A DNA stretch of 64,000 bases, from sequence record PV400810.1, one strand, 5' to 3'. The stretch comes from Pseudomonas phage vB_PaeM_GXNNA8. Under the pieces are notes generated by a model. It saw only the letters and a list, made by a program, of their open reading frames with translations, was not told the origin of the DNA and did no database searches. The position numbers were made by a program, and so were the translations under genes. Below are positions 27,611 to 36,640 of this stretch, in pieces; within the stretch, counting starts at the first letter, position 1, and each line of letters starts with the position of its first letter.

Positions 27611-27867
27611 TTCCCAATCCCACGAATACGAACCTGTGCATCACTCGGTACACCGATCGTGAATTTCGTGATGTCCTCCTCCAGAGACGGAATAAAGACC
27701 GCAGCTCGACGATTCAGACTGCGTTCGTTCAGGTTGTGGTACCCTAACGCCTGTAAACAGTGTACCACGTCAAACCGGTCTATTTTCCTTAACACGACGT
27801 TTTTACCTGAACCGGTAGGTCGGTATAGGTAACCCCTTGATAAATCAACAGAGAAGCTTATAGCCAC
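27574..27867 (-). CDS. hypothetical protein
   Basis: 97-aa ORF. Confidence 0.3.
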   Translation of the reverse strand: MAISFSVDLSRGYLYRPTGSGKNVVLRKIDRFDVVHCLQALGYHNLNERSLNRRAAVFIPSLEEDITKFTIGVPSDAQVRIRGIGKCSQRLLITFVY

Positions 27868-27959
27868 CTTCTAGCCCCTATATTTAATTAAGCCTGTATA
27901 ATAATGTCCATTTCAGTAAAAACCCATTATAAAAAATACCCCAAAGCGTAATAAAGGCT

Positions 27960-27987
27960 AAGGTAGGGAGCTCGCGCTCCCTACCTT
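27960..27987 (-). terminator. intrinsic terminator after phuZ
   Basis: AAGGTAGGGAGC-TCGC-GCTCCCTACCTT, followed on the minus strand by AGCCUUUAUUACGCUUUGGGGUAUUUUUUAUAAUGGGUUUUU. Confidence 0.55.
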
Positions 27988-28005
27988 AGCGATTCACTGT
28001 CTGTC

Positions 28006-28968
28006 TTACAGCATGAAGCCCAGATCGTTCGATCCTTCCGAAATGTCCTTCTGTTGAGAGAAGTCAACGGCAGCTTGAGCTTGAACCGTTTCCAACCCTT
28101 CGATCTCTTTCTCCAGTTCTTCCAGGGCTTCACCGTGATCGAGGGTCACGTGCAGCTCTTTGATGTCCTCCGGACGATCACTGTTGGGGGAGAAGATACC
28201 CGTCGTCCGGTAAACCGATCCCATAAACCGAGGAACCACGTCATCGTTGTTCGGGTACAGGCTGGCGACCGAGACCGGTACCTTACCGGTATAGTCCGCT
28301 GCACCATCCTGGTCGTAGAAATGAATACGACTCAACGCCGGCCTGGTTTTACCCCCCGCCGAGTAATTGAAGAAGCGTTTAATGTCTTCCTCATCGATTT
28401 CCGTATTACCGGGATCAAAGAGGAGACTCAGGAGATTCAGTGAATCAATCGCCTGAAGGTTGACTTCCTTACGGGTCAGGTTCGGCGTATTGAGGAACTC
28501 CATGTAGCACACCGGACGGTTCAGCTGATTGGGTTGGCACTGGTTAGCAAAGGAACGGAGGGCATTGACTGCGTTTTCTTTATCCACCAGGGAGGTGTGT
28601 TCCGAGATCAGGCAGAGAATGACGTTCTTACCCGACTCGACCAGCAGGCGCAACGCAATCATCGCCATAACACGCCCAGTACCACCAGCGGTACTGGCTA
28701 CGATGATGTTGTGAACACCGGGACGGTGTTTCTTCAGGTTAGCGGCTACGAAGGGGAGGAGTTTATCGTAGTGCTTGGTGGAATCCTTACCACTCCCGTT
28801 CACCCCTTCGAGTTGCTCAATGGGGAACGCCGCCGTGAAGTTCTTATCACTGGTATCGAAGCCTACCATCCCCGCATCACTGTTCACACGCGTACGGGAA
28901 TATTCTTTCAAACCCGCACCAATGTTGATACCCGCACCGCCCATGAGGTAGTATTGAATCTGAGACAT
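28006..28968 (-). CDS. phuZ: PhuZ-like phage tubulin
   Basis: The N-terminal MSQIQYYLMGGAGINIGAGL is a tubulin/FtsZ G-box. IIVASTAGGTGRV matches the tubulin [SAG]GGTG signature. The acidic C-terminal tail ...SEGSNDLGFML is present, and the length of about 320 aa is PhuZ-like. The track start 29067 is TTG; the ATG at 28968 is preceded by AAAGAGAG. Confidence 0.7.
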   Translation of the reverse strand: MSQIQYYLMGGAGINIGAGLKEYSRTRVNSDAGMVGFDTSDKNFTAAFPIEQLEGVNGSGKDSTKHYDKLLPFVAANLKKHRPGVHNIIVASTAGGTGRVMAMIALRLLVESGKNVILCLISEHTSLVDKENAVNALRSFANQCQPNQLNRPVCYMEFLNTPNLTRKEVNLQAIDSLNLLSLLFDPGNTEIDEEDIKRFFNYSAGGKTRPALSRIHFYDQDGAADYTGKVPVSVASLYPNNDDVVPRFMGSVYRTTGIFSPNSDRPEDIKELHVTLDHGEALEELEKEIEGLETVQAQAAVDFSQQKDISEGSNDLGFML

Positions 28969-29065
28969 ATCGAATCGCTCTCTTTGGTTTACAGGGAAGT
29001 CATTAAAAAGGACTATTCTCCAATAGCCTGCTAATAATTTAGGTTTCAAATTATCTAGCGTAATC

Positions 29066-29121
29066 AAAAAAAAAAGACTAACGGGTGGGTAACCGCCGAT
29101 ATAACCATAACACCACCCGTT
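29066..29121 (-). terminator. hairpin plus U10 tract (terminator of the HslV-like gene transcript / 3' end of structured element)
   Basis: AACGGGTGG...CCACCCGTT 9-bp stem with a 24-nt loop, followed on the minus strand by AGUCUUUUUUUUUU. Confidence 0.45.
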
Positions 29122-29476
29122 AGCGCATCCAAGAGGATCAATAACGTTGTACCCTTACAGTGACCTAGAGAACCATGGCGTGGAAACAGGTCACTTTAAC
29201 GGTATAAGATATTCCCTCCTGGGTAAATAAAAAACAAAAGAAGTAAGACCTCCAGCTCTACATCATAGTGACATAGAGCTGGAGGGGCGGAGCGTTTTGT
29301 AGGCAACCCTCTCAAGCCTGACAGAATAGGCTTGGGCAGTTGAGGGGTGGTGGGTGTCTAACACTCCTAACCTTCCCACCAGGACCGGCGATGGAGTGAA
29401 TGCAGGTCATCGGCATAAAATACCTGCACACTGTGGTTTCCATCGCCTACATTCTGAGTGTCTTACCCCCTAGGGA

Positions 29477-30025
29477 TTATTTTTCTGCCTTATCAGCGAC
29501 CGGTTCAGGGCGCTTACTGGGGGTTGCTGGAATAGAAGGGAGTTCCCAGGTCTCAATACGACCACCGGAATAGACATCCAGCTTACAGGCCGCTTTAACT
29601 GCATCCACCGCGCTTTTACCAACCGCCATCACCGCACTGGCGTAAACGCTCCCTGATCCAATCGCAAACGGGGGTTGTACGCCCGACACCGTGAAAGCCA
29701 TACTCCCGTCTCGTTGTTTATATGCTGAAACCATCCAAACATTACCCTGTTCACCCACACAGAGCAGATTCGAATCCCCAACGAGGTGGTCGGGTGCTTT
29801 GGTCTTAAAGGTAACACCCTCACTCAACAGTTCTTTAAAGGCCAACAGATCCGTCAGACTCCCCGACAAACCAAAACAGATAATACGGTCACCGTTGACA
29901 CTCCAGTACTCTTCTTCCCCCGGTTCGTGGATTTTACGTTGCTCTCCGAGGTTGATCATATCGGCCCCGTTGACCACACGGGTATCCGCTGCCATTACAC
30001 CGTCACGATAAGCAATCGTTGTCAT
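29477..30025 (-). CDS. HslV/ClpQ-family Ntn-hydrolase peptidase
   Basis: From the ATG at 30025, [20 protein letters not shown] aligns to HslV [20 protein letters not shown] (Thr2 nucleophile). [21 protein letters not shown] aligns to HslV [34 protein letters not shown] aligns to GSGGPYAQAAARA. AGGAAG RBS; the track start 30055 is TTG. Confidence 0.7.
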   Translation of the reverse strand: [182 protein letters not shown]

Positions 30026-30224
30026 TACACACTCTTCCTCTTCTGGGTTTAACAAAACATATCAATACGAATAACCGTATTCTTTCATTACCCAATGATA
30101 ATGTAGAACTGAAATCCATTAACCTTAATTGCAATATTGCAGTATAAACCCTATACGCCGGCTTCCCTGTTCGGGAATGCCGGTCGGGGTAATTAACTTT
30201 GAAAGGGGTACTTCTTTAAGAGTA

Positions 30225-30350
30225 AATGAAATTTAGGGAATATTTAAAAGGTATTTTTCCCATTTTCATTTCCTCTTCATTTTTCCTTTTTTAAATAAAA
30301 AAGTAATTTCCTATAATAATAATAAATAGTAAAGTTAAATTTTATTGCCT
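30225..30350. other. about 125-nt AT-rich tract (about 80% AT) inside a 620-nt ORF-free divergent intergenic region
   Basis: The local composition contrasts with the roughly 48% GC of the rest of the window. Contains TATAATAATAATAAATAG and runs of T/A. Followed by the hairpin ATAAGCCCC-TCCG-GGGGCTTAT at 30352..30372. Confidence 0.4.
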
Positions 30351-30625
30351 TATAAGCCCCTCCGGGGCTTATATAAAGAGCAAAAGCTATTACGGAGTAA
30401 TAGGTTTTTCCTTCGGATTTTCTCTTTTCTCTTCTCTGGACTCTACCTTCGGTAGGGCCTCCTCCCCCAAGATTCTTTACTCCTTCACTCCACTCGCCGT
30501 AGGCTCATGTCGCTCAGTCCTAAAGAATCTTACCCCCTCCTCCAAAATGAGAATTGAGTAAGTGGAACATATAATGGAAACCGAATAATGAATTACTGGA
30601 AGATGTTATGATTCCCTAATCCTAG

Positions 30626-30651
30626 TTAACGGGTTTATATAAACCCGTTAA
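30626..30651. promoter_or_regulatory. 26-bp perfect palindrome (candidate operator/protein binding site) 25 nt upstream of the gene starting at 30677
   Basis: TTAACGGGTTTATATAAACCCGTTAA is a perfect dyad with a TATATA centre. Confidence 0.35.
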
Positions 30652-30676
30652 GGTTTGTCAGACGAGGTCACCTTAA

Positions 30677-31525
30677 ATGAATCCAGTAGACCATGCGATC
30701 AATCGTGTCGTAAGTGGCAGTGATATCGATGAGTACTTGTTGAAGCTCGCTTTTGAAACCCCCAATGCGAACTATGCGGGGAATTGGTATAACCTGGTTA
30801 ACCAGACAACCGTGGAACAGGGTATACGGGAGAAAGTGATTCACCGTATTGTTCTACCGGAATGTAACGTAGGGGGTGGGAAGACGGAGTTGTTGGATCT
30901 GGGAGGATCCATGATCCGTGATCGGGGGAATGGGTGTGTAGAGGTGAACGTACCGGAAGCGACGACTCGGGGTGCTAAGATCATCAGTGTGACAGAAGTC
31001 TACCTGGGGAGTATGAGTTCCGCAGTTGGTCAGTTAGGGGCCGGGGTGAATGAGAACACGATGTGTGGGTCCGGAGTACTGAATGACATGATGGATGGCT
31101 TACTGGGGGGATTGAGTTCTAACCGCAGTATGCCAGTCACGTTCACCAATGTCCATATGACCGGTAATAACTGCTTTGTGATCTTTGGGTTGAATGCGGG
31201 AACGTATTCCATGAGTGCTAAAGTAATCTTGGAATACGATGAAGGGATGAGCAGTATTCACCCTCGTCATTACCGGCAGTTCGCAGAGCTCGTTGAATTG
31301 GCCGTTAAGGCGTATATTTACAAAACCTGTAGGCGACCTACCCAAGAGGCGGTTTATCGCTCAGGCGTTCCCCTAGACGCCATACGGGACGATATACAGG
31401 CCTACAGTGACGCGTGGACCCAATACAAAGAGTATTTCAAGAACACCTGGATCAACTGCATGACGTGGTCGGATAAACAAGCCCGTATTGAAGCAATACG
31501 GATGGCAACACCACGTCGGAATTAA
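30677..31525 (+). CDS. hypothetical protein
   Basis: 282-aa ORF with an ATG start. A 26-bp perfect palindrome lies just upstream. Confidence 0.45.
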   Translation: MNPVDHAINRVVSGSDIDEYLLKLAFETPNANYAGNWYNLVNQTTVEQGIREKVIHRIVLPECNVGGGKTELLDLGGSMIRDRGNGCVEVNVPEATTRGAKIISVTEVYLGSMSSAVGQLGAGVNENTMCGSGVLNDMMDGLLGGLSSNRSMPVTFTNVHMTGNNCFVIFGLNAGTYSMSAKVILEYDEGMSSIHPRHYRQFAELVELAVKAYIYKTCRRPTQEAVYRSGVPLDAIRDDIQAYSDAWTQYKEYFKNTWINCMTWSDKQARIEAIRMATPRRN

Positions 31526-31541
31526 CCAAGAGGGGTTTTCA

Positions 31542-32903
31542 ATGTTAGTATTAGACGGAACGGAAGACCTCGTAGGGGGCCAGGGTGTTTTTAGTCTCTT
31601 TGAAGAGGCAAAGACTCCTGATAGTGACCTCTTAGGCGTGGAAGGGAATGAAGCCTTACTGTCAGGGGTGGAATTCCAGAGTAACCATGCCATTCTGGAG
31701 ATCTTTACTAAACTGGCGACGTACTTGGAGATTACCCCTCGGTGGGCGAGTGATCTTCAGAAGTACGTGTATGCGTTCATTACCCGCCGTATGGGTGTGG
31801 TGGACCACATGGAGTTCTTTGGGAGCCCGTACCTAGGGTTGCAGAAGATCACCTTTACTACCGCAGACCGTAACCAATGGTTCAATGACATCATTGACCT
31901 GGATGAAGAGGAACTCAAAGAGAACCTCCACAACGCGGCAGCCATTAAGAAAGAGTGGGCGGTCGTAGGGGATGCGTTCAATATGACCATTCCTTACTTG
32001 CTGTACCGGATCCATCATTCGAAATTACCGGAGAAAGTCAAACATCAAGCCATGAAAGACGTGGTGTGCATGTACCACTACAAATGCCTCACCTCGATCA
32101 TTCACAACGACTATCCCTTTACCGCCCGTAAAGAGGTGGTCCTGGAGACCTATAACCGGTTGAGCTTGAAGTATGACATTAAACGGTATGGAAGCTGGAG
32201 GGCGTTGATTGAGGCTCGGGCGGAGTTTATCCTGAACCCTAAGACCGGTATCCACTACGAAGCCTTTACCCAGATGAACGATGATAAGAAAATCGTTTAC
32301 ATGGTAGGAGATATTCAGAACAGGCTTAGAAGGGCGATTAACGACATTAACAAAGTCTTCCACGATGTCAAGAACAAGACCAACATCGTTAAACTGGAGA
32401 ACTCTAAGGTTAACCTCGGAGATGAACTGACCATTAAGTCGGTAGCGAAAGACGTGAATCAACACGTTCAGTACCTGGATCGTATCCTGACAGAGGAAAC
32501 CTCGTTCTACAAGGAAGAGTTAATGAACTATGCAGCCAGTGTACTGGAGGATGTTCGGATGAACATGCTGACGTATACCCTGCAAGAGTTCCCTAAGCGG
32601 TACAACAACCCCAAAACCCCTGAGTACAAACAGTTTGCTGAAACGGTCGTATTGCACCTGTTTGATTACCTGCACGCCAACAACATCAAACGCAGTAAAG
32701 TCTACAACGTGTTGATCAAGATGCGCGGTGCTTACGGGGCGAGTCGGAGTCGGAATGACATGGTTAAGACGATTCGGGAATTAGGTGATCAGATTGTGAT
32801 TGCCATTACCGGACGTAAAACCCCTCAGTGGGTATTAACCACTCGTACTGCGTTGTGCTTGTTCATTGTACTGCGCGTACTGTCCAAGGATTATTTCGAA
32901 TAA
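31542..32903 (+). CDS. hypothetical protein
   Basis: The track ORF starts at 31488. The ATG at 31542 (MLVLDGTEDL) follows an AAGAGGGG RBS and avoids overlap with the upstream gene. Confidence 0.45.
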   Translation: MLVLDGTEDLVGGQGVFSLFEEAKTPDSDLLGVEGNEALLSGVEFQSNHAILEIFTKLATYLEITPRWASDLQKYVYAFITRRMGVVDHMEFFGSPYLGLQKITFTTADRNQWFNDIIDLDEEELKENLHNAAAIKKEWAVVGDAFNMTIPYLLYRIHHSKLPEKVKHQAMKDVVCMYHYKCLTSIIHNDYPFTARKEVVLETYNRLSLKYDIKRYGSWRALIEARAEFILNPKTGIHYEAFTQMNDDKKIVYMVGDIQNRLRRAINDINKVFHDVKNKTNIVKLENSKVNLGDELTIKSVAKDVNQHVQYLDRILTEETSFYKEELMNYAASVLEDVRMNMLTYTLQEFPKRYNNPKTPEYKQFAETVVLHLFDYLHANNIKRSKVYNVLIKMRGAYGASRSRNDMVKTIRELGDQIVIAITGRKTPQWVLTTRTALCLFIVLRVLSKDYFE

Positions 32904-32950
32904 CCAGTTACAAGGAATTTATTCATGCAGACCGCATAGGAGCGGACAGT

Positions 32951-33247
32951 ATGCACGCACTCCCCTTGACCCAAAAGCTTCTCTGTTCGTGCCATACCCA
33001 CACCATGGTTAGTGTGATGGTGGAAAGTGGTTCAGCGTCACTCCGGGTGTTCATGATCTTCCCTTGGATCCCTACGCCACCCGGTGAACCCTCCAGGCCG
33101 CCGATGTTCGACGAGAACTCGCCGAATTACCGTTGGTATCTGGATCAAACCGCCGCCTCTGAAGCCTTCACCCTGTTGGCCAACGGCAAGCCGGCTAAAG
33201 GCCACACCCTGCAAGAACTGGAACATGCACTGCTTGCTGTAGCGTAA
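32951..33247 (+). CDS. hypothetical protein
   Basis: The track ORF starts at 32828. The ATG at 32951 follows an AGGAG RBS. 98 aa. Confidence 0.3.
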   Translation: MHALPLTQKLLCSCHTHTMVSVMVESGSASLRVFMIFPWIPTPPGEPSRPPMFDENSPNYRWYLDQTAASEAFTLLANGKPAKGHTLQELEHALLAVA

Positions 33248-33301
33248 CCCTTGTAACTAAGTGGGTTATACCGCCCTTTCTGAAGCAGAAATAACCCGAT
33301 A

Positions 33302-33332
33302 CCTCCTGGAGCCCCACAAGGGCTCCAGGAGG
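33302..33332. terminator. bidirectional terminator between the convergent plus island and the terminase gene
   Basis: CCTCCTGGAGCCC-CACAA-GGGCTCCAGGAGG, a 13-bp GC-rich stem. Confidence 0.6.
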
Positions 33333-33340
33333 GTCAGGTC

Positions 33341-36300
33341 TTATGCTGTTCTGCGTTGTTGCAGTAGGCGTTTGTTGCGTTCCACTTTAGCGTTCTCCAA
33401 CAGCACGTCAATGGTCATCATGCGATTCTGTTCCGGAGGCAACATCTTGGCTAACTTCCGAATCTCCACCTCTAGACGAAGTGCTAAGATATTGTCCTGG
33501 GTGCTCATCAGTTCTTCAGTTAGGCTGTGAACCTTACTCCGGACTTTATCGATGAGTTGAACCACGTACGGCTCATACTCGGTTCGTCCTTGGTTCTGGG
33601 CAGAGTTCAGTAAGTTGCGGGTGTCCGTTAGGGCAATCCCCGGAGGGATCCCGTACAAGGACTTGTTCTCCCCGAGCTTAATGAACCAGTAGCTCAGTAG
33701 CCACGCAATGACCAAGTCATCGTGCTGCTTCGCATCGTGGTCGATTCGATCCCCCTTGAGTTTCAGGTTGATCAATTCATCCGCGAGCTTCGCATAACAG
33801 AGGCCGTACCCGGTATTCCCAACCGCCTCTTGGATGAGGCCGTACAGGACGTCCCGACTGGTCTTGGTCGTTACGAACCCGAAGTATTGTTTATACTTCA
33901 GGTAGAACGCTTTATTCCGGTAAGCAAATTTGGTGTTCTGGACTTCCTCAAACTCCTTAGCGTTATTGACGGTGTCTTGGTAGATTTGGTTAAAGACCCG
34001 TTTAAAGGGGTCCATGCCCTTAGCCGGCAGCATAATCAACAGACTGTCGATCATGTGATGCGCGTAGTTACGCTCAATGATCAAGGTGCTGTTCTGAATC
34101 ACGTCCAGCAAATCCACAACAATGGCTGTGACATCATCCAAGAAGGTTAAGGGATATCGTCCCACCCCAATGACCTTACCCGTCTTCATACTGCGAATCA
34201 CAATGGTGCAGGCATCCTTGTTAATGGCTGAGGACGTATCCACACCAATCAGGAAATGGTCATTGTACTCCTTCTTTGCCATCTCCAACAATTCCTGTTG
34301 GGTCACAAAGAAGTCCACGTACAGGTTACAGTCCCGATATTCCTTACTCCACACCACGTCCCGCTTCATGTTGTTAATGGCTTCCCGGGTCACATCGTCA
34401 AACAACCGATTCTCCCCATCTTCCACCCACATGAGCAATAAGTCGATCTTGGCTTTCGCCAAACTCAATCCTAGCAGGTCAATGGTTTCCCGCACCCAGG
34501 CTTTGTCCTTACCCAGTTGAAGGTAATTGTACACCATGGAGACTGACGGAGAGGTTGTCTTCGTAGGGGAAGCCCTGAGTAACATCTGCCTCAAGTGACT
34601 CTCACTGAAGCAATCAAAGAACTTCTCCCGCCACTCCGTTGCACTCATGAGTTTATTGAACATAAACTCCCCGCTGGGATGGAGCGTGGTATTGGGGGTC
34701 GTAATGTGCGTAATCCCATACGGCAACCCCTGCTCTCTGCACAACGCCATTTCCGTTAGCGAGGACGGGGAACACCCGTCAATGATGGTGTCGATGAACC
34801 GAATATACCCGGACTCATCGTAGTTGGTAGTCCCTACCCGTAACCCCCGACCGAGATCCCCTGCTGCATCCTGACTGATCTGAGGAACGTTAATGTACAG
34901 CGTATTAACGTTATCTTCCCCAAAGGCCTTGTAGGTCAGACTGGTACCAGCATCCTTGTCCTTGTAGGTCGAGTTAATCAAATACGAGGGAATTGAACTC
35001 CGAATCTGTTTAATAGCCGCAATGAACTGAGCTCGGTTATCCGACTTCAAGGTAATCAAGTGGCTGGTATACCCCCGCCCCATGATGTACGTTAACCAGA
35101 AGTCAATCACCTGAACCGATACCGTGTTGTGGGTCACAATGAAGTCATCGGTCAAATACAACTGTTCACTGTTATCGACTTCAATACAGGTACAATCGTC
35201 ATCCCCTACGAAAGTCACCCGCTCGATCAGCAACCGATTATCAAAGACGACATTCTCTTCCCTGAACTTGAACGGAGGTACCTCTTCCGGTAGGGTAATC
35301 TCTACTCCGTTCTTGGTGACTTTACCGGTTCCACCTAGACTACGGGCTAAATACGCCAGTTGACCTCCTAGGACGCGATTTAAGGCTATAAAGACCTTAC
35401 CCCTACCAACCTTACCCCTAACGTCTAAAAACGCCTGTAAGAGGTCTCTCCGGGCGTTTAAAGGGGCTTCTAGGTATTGATCCGGTAAACCGTGTTCCCT
35501 GTTGAATAAATAAGGTTGGTTATCAGTCCGTTCTAAGCAACTGTTAGCCACTCCCTGAATAACTGTTACCCCCCGAGGGAGATGATCAACTACGTACTGT
35601 TTAACCGCATCCGTACGCGTGGGGATAATAACCTTACCGTCTTGATCTTGTCCGCAATAGATCAACCCGAGAACGTACGGGTCAATAGGTAGGTCCTGTT
35701 CACTCCCGGGTACCGGAGCCGGTAACGGCAATTGAAGTTTAACCTTCTTCTTCAACAGGTTAATGACATCAACGGTCGAATAGTCATTCCAGAGTGCACG
35801 TCCATTGAGGCAGTTGGAATAATCCTTCAAGGTCCACAGATGTTCAGTCCCTACGTCTGTAGCTCGTCCGTCACTGGTAATGACGCGATACAACCGGCGT
35901 TTACCCTGGGGATGAATACCAATCACCTGACACGGCTTCCCGGAACGGTCCAGGACTTGATCCCCCACCCGTAGGTGTTCGATCCGTTTCCAAGTATCCT
36001 GAGGGGTAATAGTCTTCAGGGTATCCTTAGGTACAATACGGACCTTAGCACTGTTACGCTGCTGCTTACCCTGTTGCCGCGGCATGATCATGTAGGTGGT
36101 AATGTGATTCAAATACGACCAAATAAAGCTGATATTCCCCCGGTTCGCTAAGAAGGGCTGATTCGGCTTTAACCGACAGACTTCCCGTAGGAAGTACCAA
36201 AAGTTACTCCGACACTCCTCCAGGACCCACACCTGTTGCTCAGGAGTGAGGTTAGGATCAAAGGGATCCACTCCTTTCAACAGGGGATTGTTCAATTGGA

Positions 36301-36607
36301 GAATAAAGTAAAAGTTATTGATTCCCTGTTGCCTGAACACTTCGGTGGTTCTGAGGAAACTGGTATTCCGGGTCTCCCGATCATAACCCGCTTGGTAGTT
36401 GAAAAAGTCCTTGAGAAAACGAACAGTCTTAATACCGCTTAAGCTGTCTTCATTGAAGTGAGCTAAAAGGGTTTCATCGTCTGTTCGAGCCTCCCAATCA
36501 ATACGGAGGCGTTTATCATCGATCAGTTCTTTGGGTAGGTTGTTACATCTCAGGTACTTAACCAACCATTTAGCATAGGAAAGGGATGTGTTCTGTTCGT
36601 CTGTCAT
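33341..36607 (-). CDS. terminase large subunit (intein-containing precursor)
   Basis: 1088-aa precursor. The P-loop MPRQQGK...(intein)...TVSVQVIDFWL aligns, after excising residues 182-494, to T4 gp17 SRQLGKTTVVAIFLAHFV. Walker B-like VGTTNYDESGYI. RNaseH-like nuclease motifs IGVDTSSAINKDACTIVI and HDDLVIAWLLSYW. Confidence 0.7.
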   Translation of the reverse strand: MTDEQNTSLSYAKWLVKYLRCNNLPKELIDDKRLRIDWEARTDDETLLAHFNEDSLSGIKTVRFLKDFFNYQAGYDRETRNTSFLRTTEVFRQQGINNFYFILQLNNPLLKGVDPFDPNLTPEQQVWVLEECRSNFWYFLREVCRLKPNQPFLANRGNISFIWSYLNHITTYMIMPRQQGKQQRNSAKVRIVPKDTLKTITPQDTWKRIEHLRVGDQVLDRSGKPCQVIGIHPQGKRRLYRVITSDGRATDVGTEHLWTLKDYSNCLNGRALWNDYSTVDVINLLKKKVKLQLPLPAPVPGSEQDLPIDPYVLGLIYCGQDQDGKVIIPTRTDAVKQYVVDHLPRGVTVIQGVANSCLERTDNQPYLFNREHGLPDQYLEAPLNARRDLLQAFLDVRGKVGRGKVFIALNRVLGGQLAYLARSLGGTGKVTKNGVEITLPEEVPPFKFREENVVFDNRLLIERVTFVGDDDCTCIEVDNSEQLYLTDDFIVTHNTVSVQVIDFWLTYIMGRGYTSHLITLKSDNRAQFIAAIKQIRSSIPSYLINSTYKDKDAGTSLTYKAFGEDNVNTLYINVPQISQDAAGDLGRGLRVGTTNYDESGYIRFIDTIIDGCSPSSLTEMALCREQGLPYGITHITTPNTTLHPSGEFMFNKLMSATEWREKFFDCFSESHLRQMLLRASPTKTTSPSVSMVYNYLQLGKDKAWVRETIDLLGLSLAKAKIDLLLMWVEDGENRLFDDVTREAINNMKRDVVWSKEYRDCNLYVDFFVTQQELLEMAKKEYNDHFLIGVDTSSAINKDACTIVIRSMKTGKVIGVGRYPLTFLDDVTAIVVDLLDVIQNSTLIIERNYAHHMIDSLLIMLPAKGMDPFKRVFNQIYQDTVNNAKEFEEVQNTKFAYRNKAFYLKYKQYFGFVTTKTSRDVLYGLIQEAVGNTGYGLCYAKLADELINLKLKGDRIDHDAKQHDDLVIAWLLSYWFIKLGENKSLYGIPPGIALTDTRNLLNSAQNQGRTEYEPYVVQLIDKVRSKVHSLTEELMSTQDNILALRLEVEIRKLAKMLPPEQNRMMTIDVLLENAKVERNKRLLQQRRTA
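35126..36064 (-). mobile_element. intein with LAGLIDADG-type homing endonuclease domain inserted in the terminase P-loop
   Basis: Hint block B ITSDGRATDVGTEHLW. LAGLIDADG-like LGLIYCGQDQDGKV and LQAFLDVRGKV. Blocks F/G CIEVDNSEQLYLTDDFIVTHN followed by +1 Thr. About 313 aa. The N-terminal junction is non-canonical and uncertain. Confidence 0.7.
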
Positions 36608-36640
36608 ACATCAACTCCACGAAAACCCTATAACAATCAA

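Noticed and set aside
29076-29090. AAAAAGACTAACGGG resembling a group I R element on the plus strand
   Set aside because: There is no matching S element (UAGUC context) downstream on that strand, and no P7 pairing partner. It is interpreted as part of a terminator.
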